From a virus, in IMG/VR virus record IMGVR_UViG_3300033146_005170, positions 1 through 64,000 of that record: a stretch of 64,000 nt of DNA; one strand, written 5' to 3'. Below the pieces are notes generated by a model. The model made no database searches. It saw only the letters and a program-made list of their open reading frames with translations, and was not told the DNA's origin. Positions 47,911-57,800 of this stretch are shown here, piece after piece. The translations under genes were made by a program, and so were the position numbers. How positions within the stretch are numbered: position 1 is the first letter of the stretch; each line of letters starts with the position of its first letter.

Positions 47911-49071
47911 ATGAAATTTAAACGAAAAGCAGTAGCTAAAGCTACTGAAGTTAGACTTAGCCCAAGTATGTATGCCGAAGCAGCAGCTTTGAAGCTTACT
48001 TTTTCTCAGTATCTTGAAAGACTTAATCCGTCTCAGCCTGGTGATACTCTTGATGCTTTTGAGCGTCAGCTTCAGAAGTTTGGTATTGTTACTCAGTCAA
48101 TTCCTGAAAAAGGTATTTATGCATCCACTGTAGAGCAGTTCTTGAAAGCCTCAGAGGAGTATACTTATGCAGACAATCAACCACTGCAAACTGATGTACC
48201 TGAGTCTAGAATTTTGTTTCCAGAGTTTATCTCTAGGGTAGCTCGAGTAGCTTTGTTAAAAGATCAAGATTATGATGTTAATAATCTTTTGGCTACTACT
48301 CGTGTTATTCCTAATACCACTTTTAAAGAGCTGTGGATTGACACTACTCCAGGTAAATCAGATCAGCCAGATCGTACTCAATATGAGATGGGTAGAGTTG
48401 GTGAGTTTGGTACTTTTCCAAGAGTACAGATTAAATGGTCTGAAACAGCTAAAAGTGTCTATAAAAGAGGTGTACAGATAGACATGTCTTATGAGTTTCA
48501 GCGAGAAGCTACTATGGATATTCTTGCTATTGTTATCTCTCGTATCATGATGACTCAGTCTATGGATCTATTTAAGAAAGCTCTTGCAATTGGTTTTAAT
48601 GGTACTACAGTTGTTGAATCTAGTAGCCTAGACCCAGCCGCTACAGGTAATACGATCACTTACACTGCTTGGCTTAAGTGGACAGCCAGCTTTAAGCCTT
48701 ATAGCTGTGGTGTATACTATTGTTCTCTTGATACTGCATTGAAAATCATTATGATGGAAAAACCTGATGTTGATCCAGTAGCTATGATGGCAGCATTGAA
48801 ACAAGGGCCTGTAGATCAGAAGATCAGTCTTTCTAGAGGTATGTGGGATAACGTAACTATTTTCCCAATGACAGATGGATCTATTCCAGATGACTATATC
48901 TTTACTCTTGATAAAAACTATGCTCTTGAGAGAGTTATTCAAGCAGGTACAGATATCCAAGAGTCAGAGCGTATCATTACACAGCAGTTTGATTCAATTG
49001 TTATCTCTATCTCTGATGAGATTAGTAGAATTTTCTCTGATGCAACTTTTGTATTGCATCTATCAGACTAA
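47911..49071 (+). CDS. Major capsid protein
   Basis: 386 aa, strong RBS, position; RVGEFGTFP...KRGVQIDMSYE typical of the HK97 fold. Confidence 0.88.
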   Translation: MKFKRKAVAKATEVRLSPSMYAEAAALKLTFSQYLERLNPSQPGDTLDAFERQLQKFGIVTQSIPEKGIYASTVEQFLKASEEYTYADNQPLQTDVPESRILFPEFISRVARVALLKDQDYDVNNLLATTRVIPNTTFKELWIDTTPGKSDQPDRTQYEMGRVGEFGTFPRVQIKWSETAKSVYKRGVQIDMSYEFQREATMDILAIVISRIMMTQSMDLFKKALAIGFNGTTVVESSSLDPAATGNTITYTAWLKWTASFKPYSCGVYYCSLDTALKIIMMEKPDVDPVAMMAALKQGPVDQKISLSRGMWDNVTIFPMTDGSIPDDYIFTLDKNYALERVIQAGTDIQESERIITQQFDSIVISISDEISRIFSDATFVLHLSD

Positions 49072-49080
49072 GGAGAGATA

Positions 49081-49338
49081 ATGAAAGTTAAAGCTAAAGA
49101 TCCCAGTAAAGTTTACTGGGATAAAACTCAAGATAAAGTAATTCACGGTAAAAAGACTGTAGTTGTAAAAGCTACTGGTTTGATTAGAGAGCTTATTAAC
49201 TCTGGAGCTCTAGTTGAAGTCTTTGAGGATAATGAGTCTCAAGTAGGTGTTGTAGATAGCAATAAGCTTAATCCTGAAAACACTGCTACTGGCAAGGCTA
49301 AAGAAAATACTTTTAACAAGTCAAAAGAAACTGCCTAG
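49081..49338 (+). CDS. Small head-associated hypothetical protein
   Basis: Follows the major capsid gene; AAGGAG RBS. Confidence 0.55.
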   Translation: MKVKAKDPSKVYWDKTQDKVIHGKKTVVVKATGLIRELINSGALVEVFEDNESQVGVVDSNKLNPENTATGKAKENTFNKSKETA

Positions 49339-49344
49339 TTTTTA

Positions 49345-49368
49345 TCTAAAGGTCATTAGACCTTTAGA
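49345..49368 (+). terminator. Hairpin downstream of the capsid genes
   Basis: TCTAAAGGTC-ATTA-GACCTTTAGA; no U-tract. Confidence 0.5.
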
Positions 49369-49381
49369 GTAAGGACTAACT

Positions 49382-49780
49382 ATGACATTAACTTTTTCTT
49401 TTATAAGATCTTTATCTGGAGCTAGCGAGGCAGAATTGCCTGATGTTGTTTTAGAGGACTTACAAGTAATAGATATAGCTAATACTTGGTATGATTCCTT
49501 AGACAATACTATAACAGATCCAATTTCTGAAAATATTGCCTTATATTATAAAGGCTATAAATGTATTGTACTTTTAGAACTATACTTACTCACTGCCTTA
49601 CCTGAAAAAATTAAGGACAATTTTAATGAGTTGACTCGATTTGATACTATTAAAGATGTTATTGCTTTAGCTAAGCAAAAGCTTTTAGAATTAGAAAATC
49701 CAGTAAATACTCTAGGGAACATTACTCGCTTTGATATAGTTTCTCCAACTATTGATCCGGTGACTCAAGAAGGTCGTTAA
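49382..49780 (+). CDS. Putative head-tail adaptor
   Basis: Position and size; IRSLSG.SEAELPD...DPVT. Confidence 0.55.
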   Translation: MTLTFSFIRSLSGASEAELPDVVLEDLQVIDIANTWYDSLDNTITDPISENIALYYKGYKCIVLLELYLLTALPEKIKDNFNELTRFDTIKDVIALAKQKLLELENPVNTLGNITRFDIVSPTIDPVTQEGR

Positions 49781-49781
49781 A

Positions 49782-50393
49782 ATGAACATTCATAGTGTTC
49801 GTAGAAGATTTCAGCATAAAGTAGATTTTTTTATACCGAGTAAATATACTGGTAATATATTTCAAGGCTTTTATAGCTTACAGCAGGATCCCCTAAATAG
49901 CGAAAGATTTTTATTATATATAACTATTTCTTTTAAACCTAATATAGTGGGTCATTTAATTTTTATTAAAAATCAACCTTGGCTAGTTCACAGATTTTTT
50001 AAAGAGGTAGTTAATTTATCTCTATACGAGTATCTATTAATGCCTACTAATGATATGCTAGATATTCTAGTTATTAGACAAAGTGTAAATGCTCTTGGAA
50101 CTTCTAATACAGAAATAAGTACTGATGGGAATAACTTTTTACTTGATGGGAATAGTCTTTTTATTCCTAATAATAGAGTACATTGTATTCTAGATACTTT
50201 TAGTAGAAAAGAAAGGATTAATCCCACTGTTCAACCTGCTGATGCCTATGAAAGAACTTTTTTCATAGCTAGATCACAAATGATAGATTACCAAGTTCCT
50301 ATAGCAGTTTACTATAAAGGGATAAGATTTAAAGTTATGTCTAAGACTCCATATGATGGTGCCGTAGAACTTAGAGCTACACAGGAATTATAA
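49782..50393 (+). CDS. Putative head closure/neck protein
   Basis: Synteny. Confidence 0.45.
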   Translation: MNIHSVRRRFQHKVDFFIPSKYTGNIFQGFYSLQQDPLNSERFLLYITISFKPNIVGHLIFIKNQPWLVHRFFKEVVNLSLYEYLLMPTNDMLDILVIRQSVNALGTSNTEISTDGNNFLLDGNSLFIPNNRVHCILDTFSRKERINPTVQPADAYERTFFIARSQMIDYQVPIAVYYKGIRFKVMSKTPYDGAVELRATQEL

Positions 50394-51049
50394 TGGCCAC
50401 TAAAATAGCTAGAGTAGAGGATGTTATTACCAGTATTCAATATATAGCTAATGACTTTGCTCTGGCTAATAATCTTGAATTTGCTGATACTTCTTCTGTT
50501 GAAGCAGCTAATGACTTAATTCAGCAAAGTAAGAATTTATTAATTCTTGTTTTTGAGTCTTTAAAACAAGAAACTTTTAGTACTTTTTCTTTTAGACTTT
50601 TTGTTTCTTTTGCTTCTGAAATAGATGCTAATTCCTCTAAAACTGGTATAGTTTTAGCCTCTTTTATGTCTTTATTACCTAGGTTTTCTAGAGTAATTAT
50701 TTATGATGCTGATGGTCTAAGAAAACCAGTGTCTGAATTTTATGATACAGGTGTAAGGTTTGTAGTTCAAAATATAGTTCAGAAACAAATGTCTAAGCCA
50801 CAAATGAGGAATAACTTATTGTCTATCGAATTTACTCTTTTAGGTTTAGCGAATAAAGCTATGTTACAGTATTGTAATTTATTCAGTAAGTTAGCTCTAG
50901 ACGAACAAGCTAGCTTAAGAGTTAATTTACATAGAGAGATACTAGACACTGCAGAACTTCAAGGAGGTGGTTTTTATCCTGGTTCAGGAGTTAATCCTAG
51001 TCAGACTAGTTATCCTTATTCAATTATTTCAGTTAGGGGTCAAGTATGA
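50393..51049 (+). CDS. Putative tail completion/terminator protein
   Basis: Synteny. Confidence 0.4.
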   Translation: MATKIARVEDVITSIQYIANDFALANNLEFADTSSVEAANDLIQQSKNLLILVFESLKQETFSTFSFRLFVSFASEIDANSSKTGIVLASFMSLLPRFSRVIIYDADGLRKPVSEFYDTGVRFVVQNIVQKQMSKPQMRNNLLSIEFTLLGLANKAMLQYCNLFSKLALDEQASLRVNLHREILDTAELQGGGFYPGSGVNPSQTSYPYSIISVRGQV

Positions 51050-52641
51050 GTTATAATAGAGTTAATTGGCAGGATTTACCTAATATAGATACACCTGTTA
51101 ATGCTGATAATTTAAACCGAATGGATGAGGCTATAGCTAATTTAGATAGCTTTTTAGTTCCTAGCGTAGGTACTAGTGAACCTATAGTAATGCCAGATGG
51201 TAGCATTAGACACTATAGTGGTACTCATTATTTTCCTATCTATATATCAACTACAGGTGACGATAACGACACTGATGGTTCTCAAGCTAAACCTTTTAAA
51301 ACTTTTGATGGTATTGTGCAGTTTCTTCAGTCCATAGCAAGTGGTCGTATGGTAGAAGTTTATATGGAAGATGGTGAGTACATTTGGATTACTACTGGTT
51401 GGGAGTATATTACTTTAGCTGGTTTGAGAATTCGAAGTATATCAAATAATCCAGCAAATTGTAAAATTATCTCTAATGGTAGTTGTTACTCTTTAGGCTT
51501 TTTAGAACCTGCATTTATAAATATTAAAAGAGTTACTATAGATGTACAATCGACAGGTGGAACCTTATGGTTTGGTATGCTTTGGCAAGCAAGATTTTAT
51601 GGCTGTCCTATTACTTGTGATAGTGATTGGGGAGTAGTAGGTTCTTGGGTAAATTTATTTGTTTTATTTGATGGCTCACCAGACTATGAAATTAAATTAA
51701 TAGATGGGAAGCCTCTTGTATATAACAATAATAGTGGCTTTGTTAGGATTATGTTTGATGATGGTCATTATCTAAATAACCCAACTGTTGAAGCTAATTG
51801 GATTAGTAGGCCAGTAGTATTACCAGATGGATCAGTTTTAAATCCTCAAGCTATTGTTGGGTTAAGTAATCTTGTATATACTGATTTACCTGATATAACT
51901 GGCGAGCCACCTACAGCTCAAACCTTTATGAACTATACTGAGAAAAAACCATATTGGTGGACTGGAGATGAGTATATTACCTTTCCTGAAGGTGAGCAAA
52001 GTCAACTGCAAAAAACCGATACTTATTACCCTAGTTGGTACTTATTAGGTAGAAATCCTGATAATTATAAAGCTCCAGGGAAGTACGCTGTAGATTTGAG
52101 TTATAGTAGCCAAAGTGGCAATGCCAATGGCGCTTCCGGAGGTTATTCATTTACTGTAGGTTATAATGTTAAGGCTACTAAAAATTATTCAAAAGCAAGC
52201 GGGTATTTAACAGAGGCCACTGGTTATTGTGCCTATGCACATGGCTTTAAGGCTTATGCTATAGAGGATTATACAGTAGCAATAGGCTATGGTGTTAAAG
52301 CAACAGCTGAATATCAGATTGCTTATGGTTACTATAATCTTGGTGAGTCTGATTCTTTATTTGAAGTTGGAGTAGGCCAGAGTGACTCTGCTAGAGCTAA
52401 TGGCCTAGCTGTTAAACAGGATGGAACAGTTAGAGCGCAAAAAAGTACTGTAGAAGCTATTAAAAATGCTCCAGAAACAGTCTTAGTAACTAAAGAATTT
52501 TTAGACTCAAATGCTGGAACTTCTTCAGATAGACCTAATTTAACTAGTGCTAGTGGTAATGCTTTTTTTGATACTGACTTAGGTAAACCTATTTGGTTTA
52601 ATGGTACTGATTGGGTTGATGCTAGTGGAACTTTAGTATGA
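51046..52641 (+). CDS. Fibre/adhesin-like protein with YadA-head-like repeats
   Basis: N-terminal W.D.P...TPVNADNLNRMD; 14-aa A.G.YS...GY repeats; C-terminal RP...FFDTDLGKPIWFNG..WVDA. Confidence 0.75.
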   Translation: MSYNRVNWQDLPNIDTPVNADNLNRMDEAIANLDSFLVPSVGTSEPIVMPDGSIRHYSGTHYFPIYISTTGDDNDTDGSQAKPFKTFDGIVQFLQSIASGRMVEVYMEDGEYIWITTGWEYITLAGLRIRSISNNPANCKIISNGSCYSLGFLEPAFINIKRVTIDVQSTGGTLWFGMLWQARFYGCPITCDSDWGVVGSWVNLFVLFDGSPDYEIKLIDGKPLVYNNNSGFVRIMFDDGHYLNNPTVEANWISRPVVLPDGSVLNPQAIVGLSNLVYTDLPDITGEPPTAQTFMNYTEKKPYWWTGDEYITFPEGEQSQLQKTDTYYPSWYLLGRNPDNYKAPGKYAVDLSYSSQSGNANGASGGYSFTVGYNVKATKNYSKASGYLTEATGYCAYAHGFKAYAIEDYTVAIGYGVKATAEYQIAYGYYNLGESDSLFEVGVGQSDSARANGLAVKQDGTVRAQKSTVEAIKNAPETVLVTKEFLDSNAGTSSDRPNLTSASGNAFFDTDLGKPIWFNGTDWVDASGTLV

Positions 52642-52784
52642 AAAGAGTAGTTAGATGGATCTTAGTTTTAATTTTTATACTATGGTTTGGTGTTTTTTTA
52701 GTGGCCTGTACAGTTATTATAAATTCTAGTATAGATAAAGAAGAAGAAGTTAATGGCTCTACTTCTTTTGAACTTGCAATATAA
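52638..52784 (+). CDS. 48-aa putative lipoprotein (not in ORF track)
   Basis: MKRVVRWILVLIFILWFGVF-LVAC; ATGA overlap. Confidence 0.55.
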   Translation: MKRVVRWILVLIFILWFGVFLVACTVIINSSIDKEEEVNGSTSFELAI

Positions 52785-52794
52785 GGAGCATTTT

Positions 52795-53271
52795 ATGTTA
52801 AGATTAATTTTAGTTATCCTAGGAATTATTTTTCTAGGCTGTGGTGGAGATACAGAGAGTTCTTCTACATATTATATTGATGGTAATGGTACTATACCGC
52901 CACTTGAACAAAATCAAACTATTAAGCCTGATGGTAATGTTCAAAGTGTCGAGGTTAGTGATAGTGGGCTTTTAATTATGTGTAATGAAGGTTCTTCTTG
53001 TACAGTTACCATAGGAGATAACAATGGAAATCTTTTGGAAGGTAACACAGGCAAAACTAGTGTTTCTGGCTCTAATTTGGATTATACTTATTGGTATCAG
53101 TATAATGGGGGTTCTTGTTGTATTACTTGTGGTGAATGTGCTGATGAGAATATTACCGTTCCAGACATCAATGTAACCGAGGTAATACCAGATTGTTCTA
53201 GTGACTTTAGTGGAGGTGTTTGCTCATGTGATATTTCAAATAGCTTTTGTGGTCAAATAAGCGGTTCTTGA
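52795..53271 (+). CDS. Cys-rich lipoprotein
   Basis: AAGGAG then ATG 52795; MLRLILVILGII-FLGC-GG lipobox. Confidence 0.7.
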   Translation: MLRLILVILGIIFLGCGGDTESSSTYYIDGNGTIPPLEQNQTIKPDGNVQSVEVSDSGLLIMCNEGSSCTVTIGDNNGNLLEGNTGKTSVSGSNLDYTYWYQYNGGSCCITCGECADENITVPDINVTEVIPDCSSDFSGGVCSCDISNSFCGQISGS

Positions 53272-53353
53272 GTAACCGCAGTTAGAGACTGTCCAAGTAT
53301 AGTCTTTTAACCAATTATCAATTGTAAGCAATAAAATCATAGGAGGCCTAATT

Positions 53354-54184
53354 ATGGCATCACAATCAAAAACTCAAGATTTCTTTATTGGAGATCTAGA
53401 CCTTCGTCTTTCATTTGATCTAACTAAAGCAGGGGAACTTTCTCCAGCAGAAACTGTTGGTCTTATGACTCAATGTACAGTAAGTATGGTAACTAATGAG
53501 GTTAAGCTAAATGCAGGTTTTCCACAGCGTACTTATGCTAATGCTGTTGCTTCTAGAGATCTGACTATTACTGGTAATCTTAGTGAGTATACAGCATCTA
53601 ACTTGGCTATGCTTTATGGTGATAAAGAAGCTTACTTGGAGTCTCTTAGTGCAACAGAGGCTGAAACAACTCTATCTGCTGATGTTCTTGCAGCTGCTAC
53701 AACTCTAGCTGTTGTAGATTCTTCTGACTTTGCAGTTGGTGATGTTGTTTATATTGTAAGTGCTGATGACTCTAATGATGTATATGTAGCTAATGTTTCT
53801 AGTCTACCAGATGCTACATCTATTGAAATTTCTTATGGTTTGCCAAGAGGTTTTGTTAGTGGTTCACGAGTAGTTAAAGGTCAAGCTATTGAGCTTGGTT
53901 CTGCTGATACTGTTCCACCAATGACTCTTCAAGTTCTTGGTATTATGCCTCTTGATGGTGAGCCATTTATCTATGACATCTGGAAAGGCACTATTTCAGG
54001 TACAGTAGAGGTAGCTACTTCTACAGATGCTTTTGGTAGCTTGGCTTATACAATCAGTCCACTTACACCTTCTATTAAGGAAATTGAATGTGGTGTATTT
54101 GGTGATGATGCAGCTAAGAAAGCAGTTGTCAAGCACTTCAAGCAGGGTAGACTTCTCAAGAGTCTTTCTGGTACAACCTGTTAA
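53354..54184 (+). CDS. Major tail (tube) protein
   Basis: Strong AGGAGG RBS; upstream of chaperones and tape measure; tube-like beta pattern. Confidence 0.8.
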   Translation: MASQSKTQDFFIGDLDLRLSFDLTKAGELSPAETVGLMTQCTVSMVTNEVKLNAGFPQRTYANAVASRDLTITGNLSEYTASNLAMLYGDKEAYLESLSATEAETTLSADVLAAATTLAVVDSSDFAVGDVVYIVSADDSNDVYVANVSSLPDATSIEISYGLPRGFVSGSRVVKGQAIELGSADTVPPMTLQVLGIMPLDGEPFIYDIWKGTISGTVEVATSTDAFGSLAYTISPLTPSIKEIECGVFGDDAAKKAVVKHFKQGRLLKSLSGTTC

Positions 54185-54188
54185 AAAT

Positions 54189-54206
54189 TCTCACCTTCGG
54201 GTGAGA
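54189..54206 (+). terminator. C(UUCG)G hairpin after the major tail gene
   Basis: TCTCACC-TTCG-GGTGAGA. Confidence 0.7.
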
Positions 54207-54270
54207 TAGTTTAAAAAGGCCTTCAATGTCCGCTGAAGGTCTCTTTAAACTATCTAGTAAGGCGGACATT

Positions 54271-54618
54271 ATGAATGAAGAATTAATTCTAAATTATACA
54301 AACTCTACAGAGAAAAAACCTTTTAAGCTAACCTATGGGGTACATAAAGAATTACAGAATTATTTAATGAAGGATAATAACTTATTTAATATTTTCACTG
54401 ATACTGTAATAGCCGATGAGATTCTTAAAATAGCTTTATCAGATAGAAATTCTCAAGGCCAAATTGTAAAAGAGTTTGTTGATTTTGATAGTATAGAATA
54501 TTTAGATCTTAGGGCTCTTTTAGAGCTTATTTTTGATTATTTTCAAAATTTTTTTCTAGAGAATCAATTGAAAGTGGAGAAAGCAATTCAGAAACTAACT
54601 CCTCAGACTACAGCTTAA
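54271..54618 (+). CDS. Tail assembly chaperone (gpG-like)
   Basis: Between tail tube and tape measure genes; ATG 54271 with AAGGCGG preferred over 54226. Confidence 0.75.
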   Translation: MNEELILNYTNSTEKKPFKLTYGVHKELQNYLMKDNNLFNIFTDTVIADEILKIALSDRNSQGQIVKEFVDFDSIEYLDLRALLELIFDYFQNFFLENQLKVEKAIQKLTPQTTA

Positions 54619-54899
54619 TTGAAGGTCTTTTAGATAAACCTTTTGATGAACTATTACTCTGGTTATATAACTATAGACCAGATAAAGTAATAGAGGCTAG
54701 TTATTTATCTACAAGACAAGAATTACTAACTGCAGCACAACTTAAGATTGAGATCACCAATTTTAAGTACTCCGATATGTTTAAATTAATAGCAAGAGCT
54801 AATGGTAATGAAGTTAAAGGTCATAAAAATAGTAAACCTAGTAAAGAGCTTCCTAAAGCGGACTTCAATACTATAGCTGCCTTTATTGGAGCAATGTAA
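54549..54899 (+). CDS. -1 frameshift extension (gpGT-like chaperone)
   Basis: -1 frame open 54537-54899 with no suitable start; slippery T TTT TTT at 54549-54555. Confidence 0.78.
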   Translation, partial: FFSRESIESGESNSETNSSDYSLIEGLLDKPFDELLLWLYNYRPDKVIEASYLSTRQELLTAAQLKIEITNFKYSDMFKLIARANGNEVKGHKNSKPSKELPKADFNTIAAFIGAM

Positions 54900-57800
54900 T
54901 GCAATTAAATGTTAGTACTTTTATAAATCAGTTAAAGATATCTAATAGAGAAAACCCTGATTTATTTACTTCTATCTACTATAGAGGGAATAAATTAATT
55001 TTAAATTTAGAAAGTTCTATAGGTTCTATAGGTCTTTATACTTTTGAATTAGATAGACCAGTAAGAGATGTTAGACATCTTTTGAATAAAGAGGCTACTT
55101 ATGTTAAACCTCTTAGTCAAATGCCTGAAGGTTCTAGTCTTGAATTATTAGAGTTAAAAAGAACTTTAGCAGTAGGTAAGCCTAAGAGTAGATATGGTAG
55201 TGATAATTTATCTTTTTTAGATTCTCTTAAATATAGTAGTCTTGATAAAGTAGTTAATGAATTCACTGCTTTGGCTGTAACTAATGAGATTAAACTAGGT
55301 AAGACTTCTTTAAATACCTTTGATAATTCTGAAAATGCTAGAAGGTATCATAGAATAGAAGCTCTTTGGAATAAATATGCCAGAGCTAATAAGATAGCTT
55401 ATGATAAACCTATGGCTAAGAATCTTTTAAAGACTGTTAATTCTTTAGTACATAAAAGTTTAGAGCAAAGTTCTATTAATCCTGTAGTAGCTACTAAAGT
55501 ACCAAAGCAGATTCAAGCTAAATTTAAAAAGGAAAGTATTCAACAGTCTAAAAATAGTAAACAAGCTAGTATTTTATATCAAAAAAAGATAGATAATTAT
55601 AAGCAAGCTAGACTTGAAGAATACAAAAAGCCTGAGATTCATACTTTAAAGTATAATTTTCTTGTAGATAAATATGGCCTACAGCAGAAAGCTTTAAAAG
55701 TAGGTAATGAGTATGTTTTATTTTCTAAAAAAGGTATATCTGAAGGAGAAGTAGCTAGTCTAGCTGCAAACTTAAAACATGCTTTTGGTTCTTATCCTAA
55801 AGAGTATATAAATTTTAAAGTAATTACACCTGAAAAGGCTATTAAAGCTAAAGTTACACCTAGAGAGAGCTTTGTTTATAAACCTACTGAACTAGGCTAT
55901 GAACAAGTTCAGGCTGGTATAGAGTCTGATATTTTAGAATATCCTAACTATGAGCCTATAGAAGTTGAGGTTAATGGCAAAAAATATACTAAGAAACCTG
56001 TAAGTCAAAGAACTTATGTTTATAGAGCTATGCAGAAATTAGTTCCTCAAGATAAGGAAATAGATCTATTAACTAAACAAGAACAACATAGTCTTCAACA
56101 AAAAGCTATTAAGTCTAAAGCCTATAAACAGTATTTGGAATTAGCTTCTGAAACTTTAAAAGCTTTCAGTAACCCTTTTGATAGCTATGCAACTACTAGT
56201 TGGAACTTAAATAGGTTAACTTATGAAGACTTAGCTCAGATAGCCAATAATTTAGATAGACCTAATAAGTATAAAGAGTTTCTTAACTATGATGCTTTTG
56301 TTGGAAAAACTCCTAAAGATCTTTTTAGCTTTGGTACTAGAAGAGCTATTATAAAAAATGCTATAGATCTTCAGTTTAAAAATAGTCCAGAGGAAGAGCT
56401 ATTAAAGAAAAAGAAAGATCAAGCCATTAAAGTTGCTAGTAAATTTGGAATTTCTAAAGATATTATTGAAAATGAACTTGAAAATATTGATCCTAAACAA
56501 GGTATTAAACTTCTTAATAATATTGAGGATTTTTTTAATGAATCAGATTATTTAAGAAAAACTCAAGATATGTCTAAACTAGATAGGTATAAAGGAACTA
56601 TTAAAAACTATGATGACTTTAAATCTATTGCTAAAAGTTTTGGTAAATCTTTTACTAAAAATCCAAAAGAAATTAAAAGTTTAGGTCTATTAACTCGTTA
56701 TGCAAGAAATCCTATTCTTAATCTTGAAGGCCATATTAGAAAAGAGGTAGTTGATAGTACTATATATCATGCTATTAGACAAGCTCATAGTTTTAATAAG
56801 TTAGCAGATAATTCTCCTTTAAGTCCTAAGTATCTAGATGACTTCACTGCACTATTAGCTGATGAGGATAGGCTTAGACTGCTTAAGCTATTTAAAAAAT
56901 TAGACTCTTATCCTATTACTAAACAAGCTATAAAACAGACTTTTGGCAGTGATAGAGCTATTATAGAGGCTCTATCTAAAAGAGATGATCAAGGTAGAAG
57001 AGCTATTGATAAAGCTATAGCTTTTAAAGATGGCGAGCCAGTAACTTCTGAAAAGCTTACTTCATTCATTGACTATGGGAGTAACTTAGAACTAGAGGCT
57101 CATCAAAAGGATGACATACAAAGAACTTTTGAAAGTTTGATTTTAGAAGAGCAGCATAATGAAAGACAAGCAAGAGAAAAAGGGGTTGCCTATAAAAGTA
57201 AAACAAGGGCAGAACTTTTTAATCAAGCTACTAGTCAAGTTAAAACTTTAGGAGTATTTGATGATAGCCTAGAAACTATTTCTTATTTAGATAAAGTATT
57301 TAGAACTGGAAAACCCTCTGTATCTGATATTTTAACAGCTACTGAGACTTTAAAACTGTGGAAACCAGAACTATTTGAAACTAAGTCTTTAGGTACTTCT
57401 AAAGAATTTTTAAAACCAGGATTTTTGAAAAGGCAAGTTAATAATCTTTATAGTGAATTAATGAATTATAATTTTGATATATCTAATGATCCCAAGAATA
57501 TTTTTATTCGTTTGAGTCCTGAACTAGTTAAAAGACTTAATTCTATGTCTGAAAGTACTTATTACAAGCTTTGGCAAAGTTCTAAAGGTACACAATTTGA
57601 TCCAGGATTAATTAAATTTAGTACTAATAAGGCTGAGTATGGGCCATTAAAACAGCATAAGGAACAACTTACTAAGCTAGTTTTTCCTGAAGATAATCTA
57701 GAAAGAACTGCTTATTATCGGACTAGAATTTTAAAATTACTAGATCCAGTAAAGATTAAAGGTGTGAATAAAAAGCTTTATAGTGAATTACAAGACTATT

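Noticed and set aside
4829-54209. Short overlapping ORFs (4829, 11521, 15058, 18025, 19108, 19622, 25870, 27369, 27882, 27922, 31131, 31990, 36384, 36649, 37175, 38684, 38964, 39617, 41755, 42099, 46236, 47366, 47658, 48272, 48628, 48875, 49988, 54027)
   Set aside because: Nested in, overlapping or antisense to better-supported genes, with no convincing RBS or motifs
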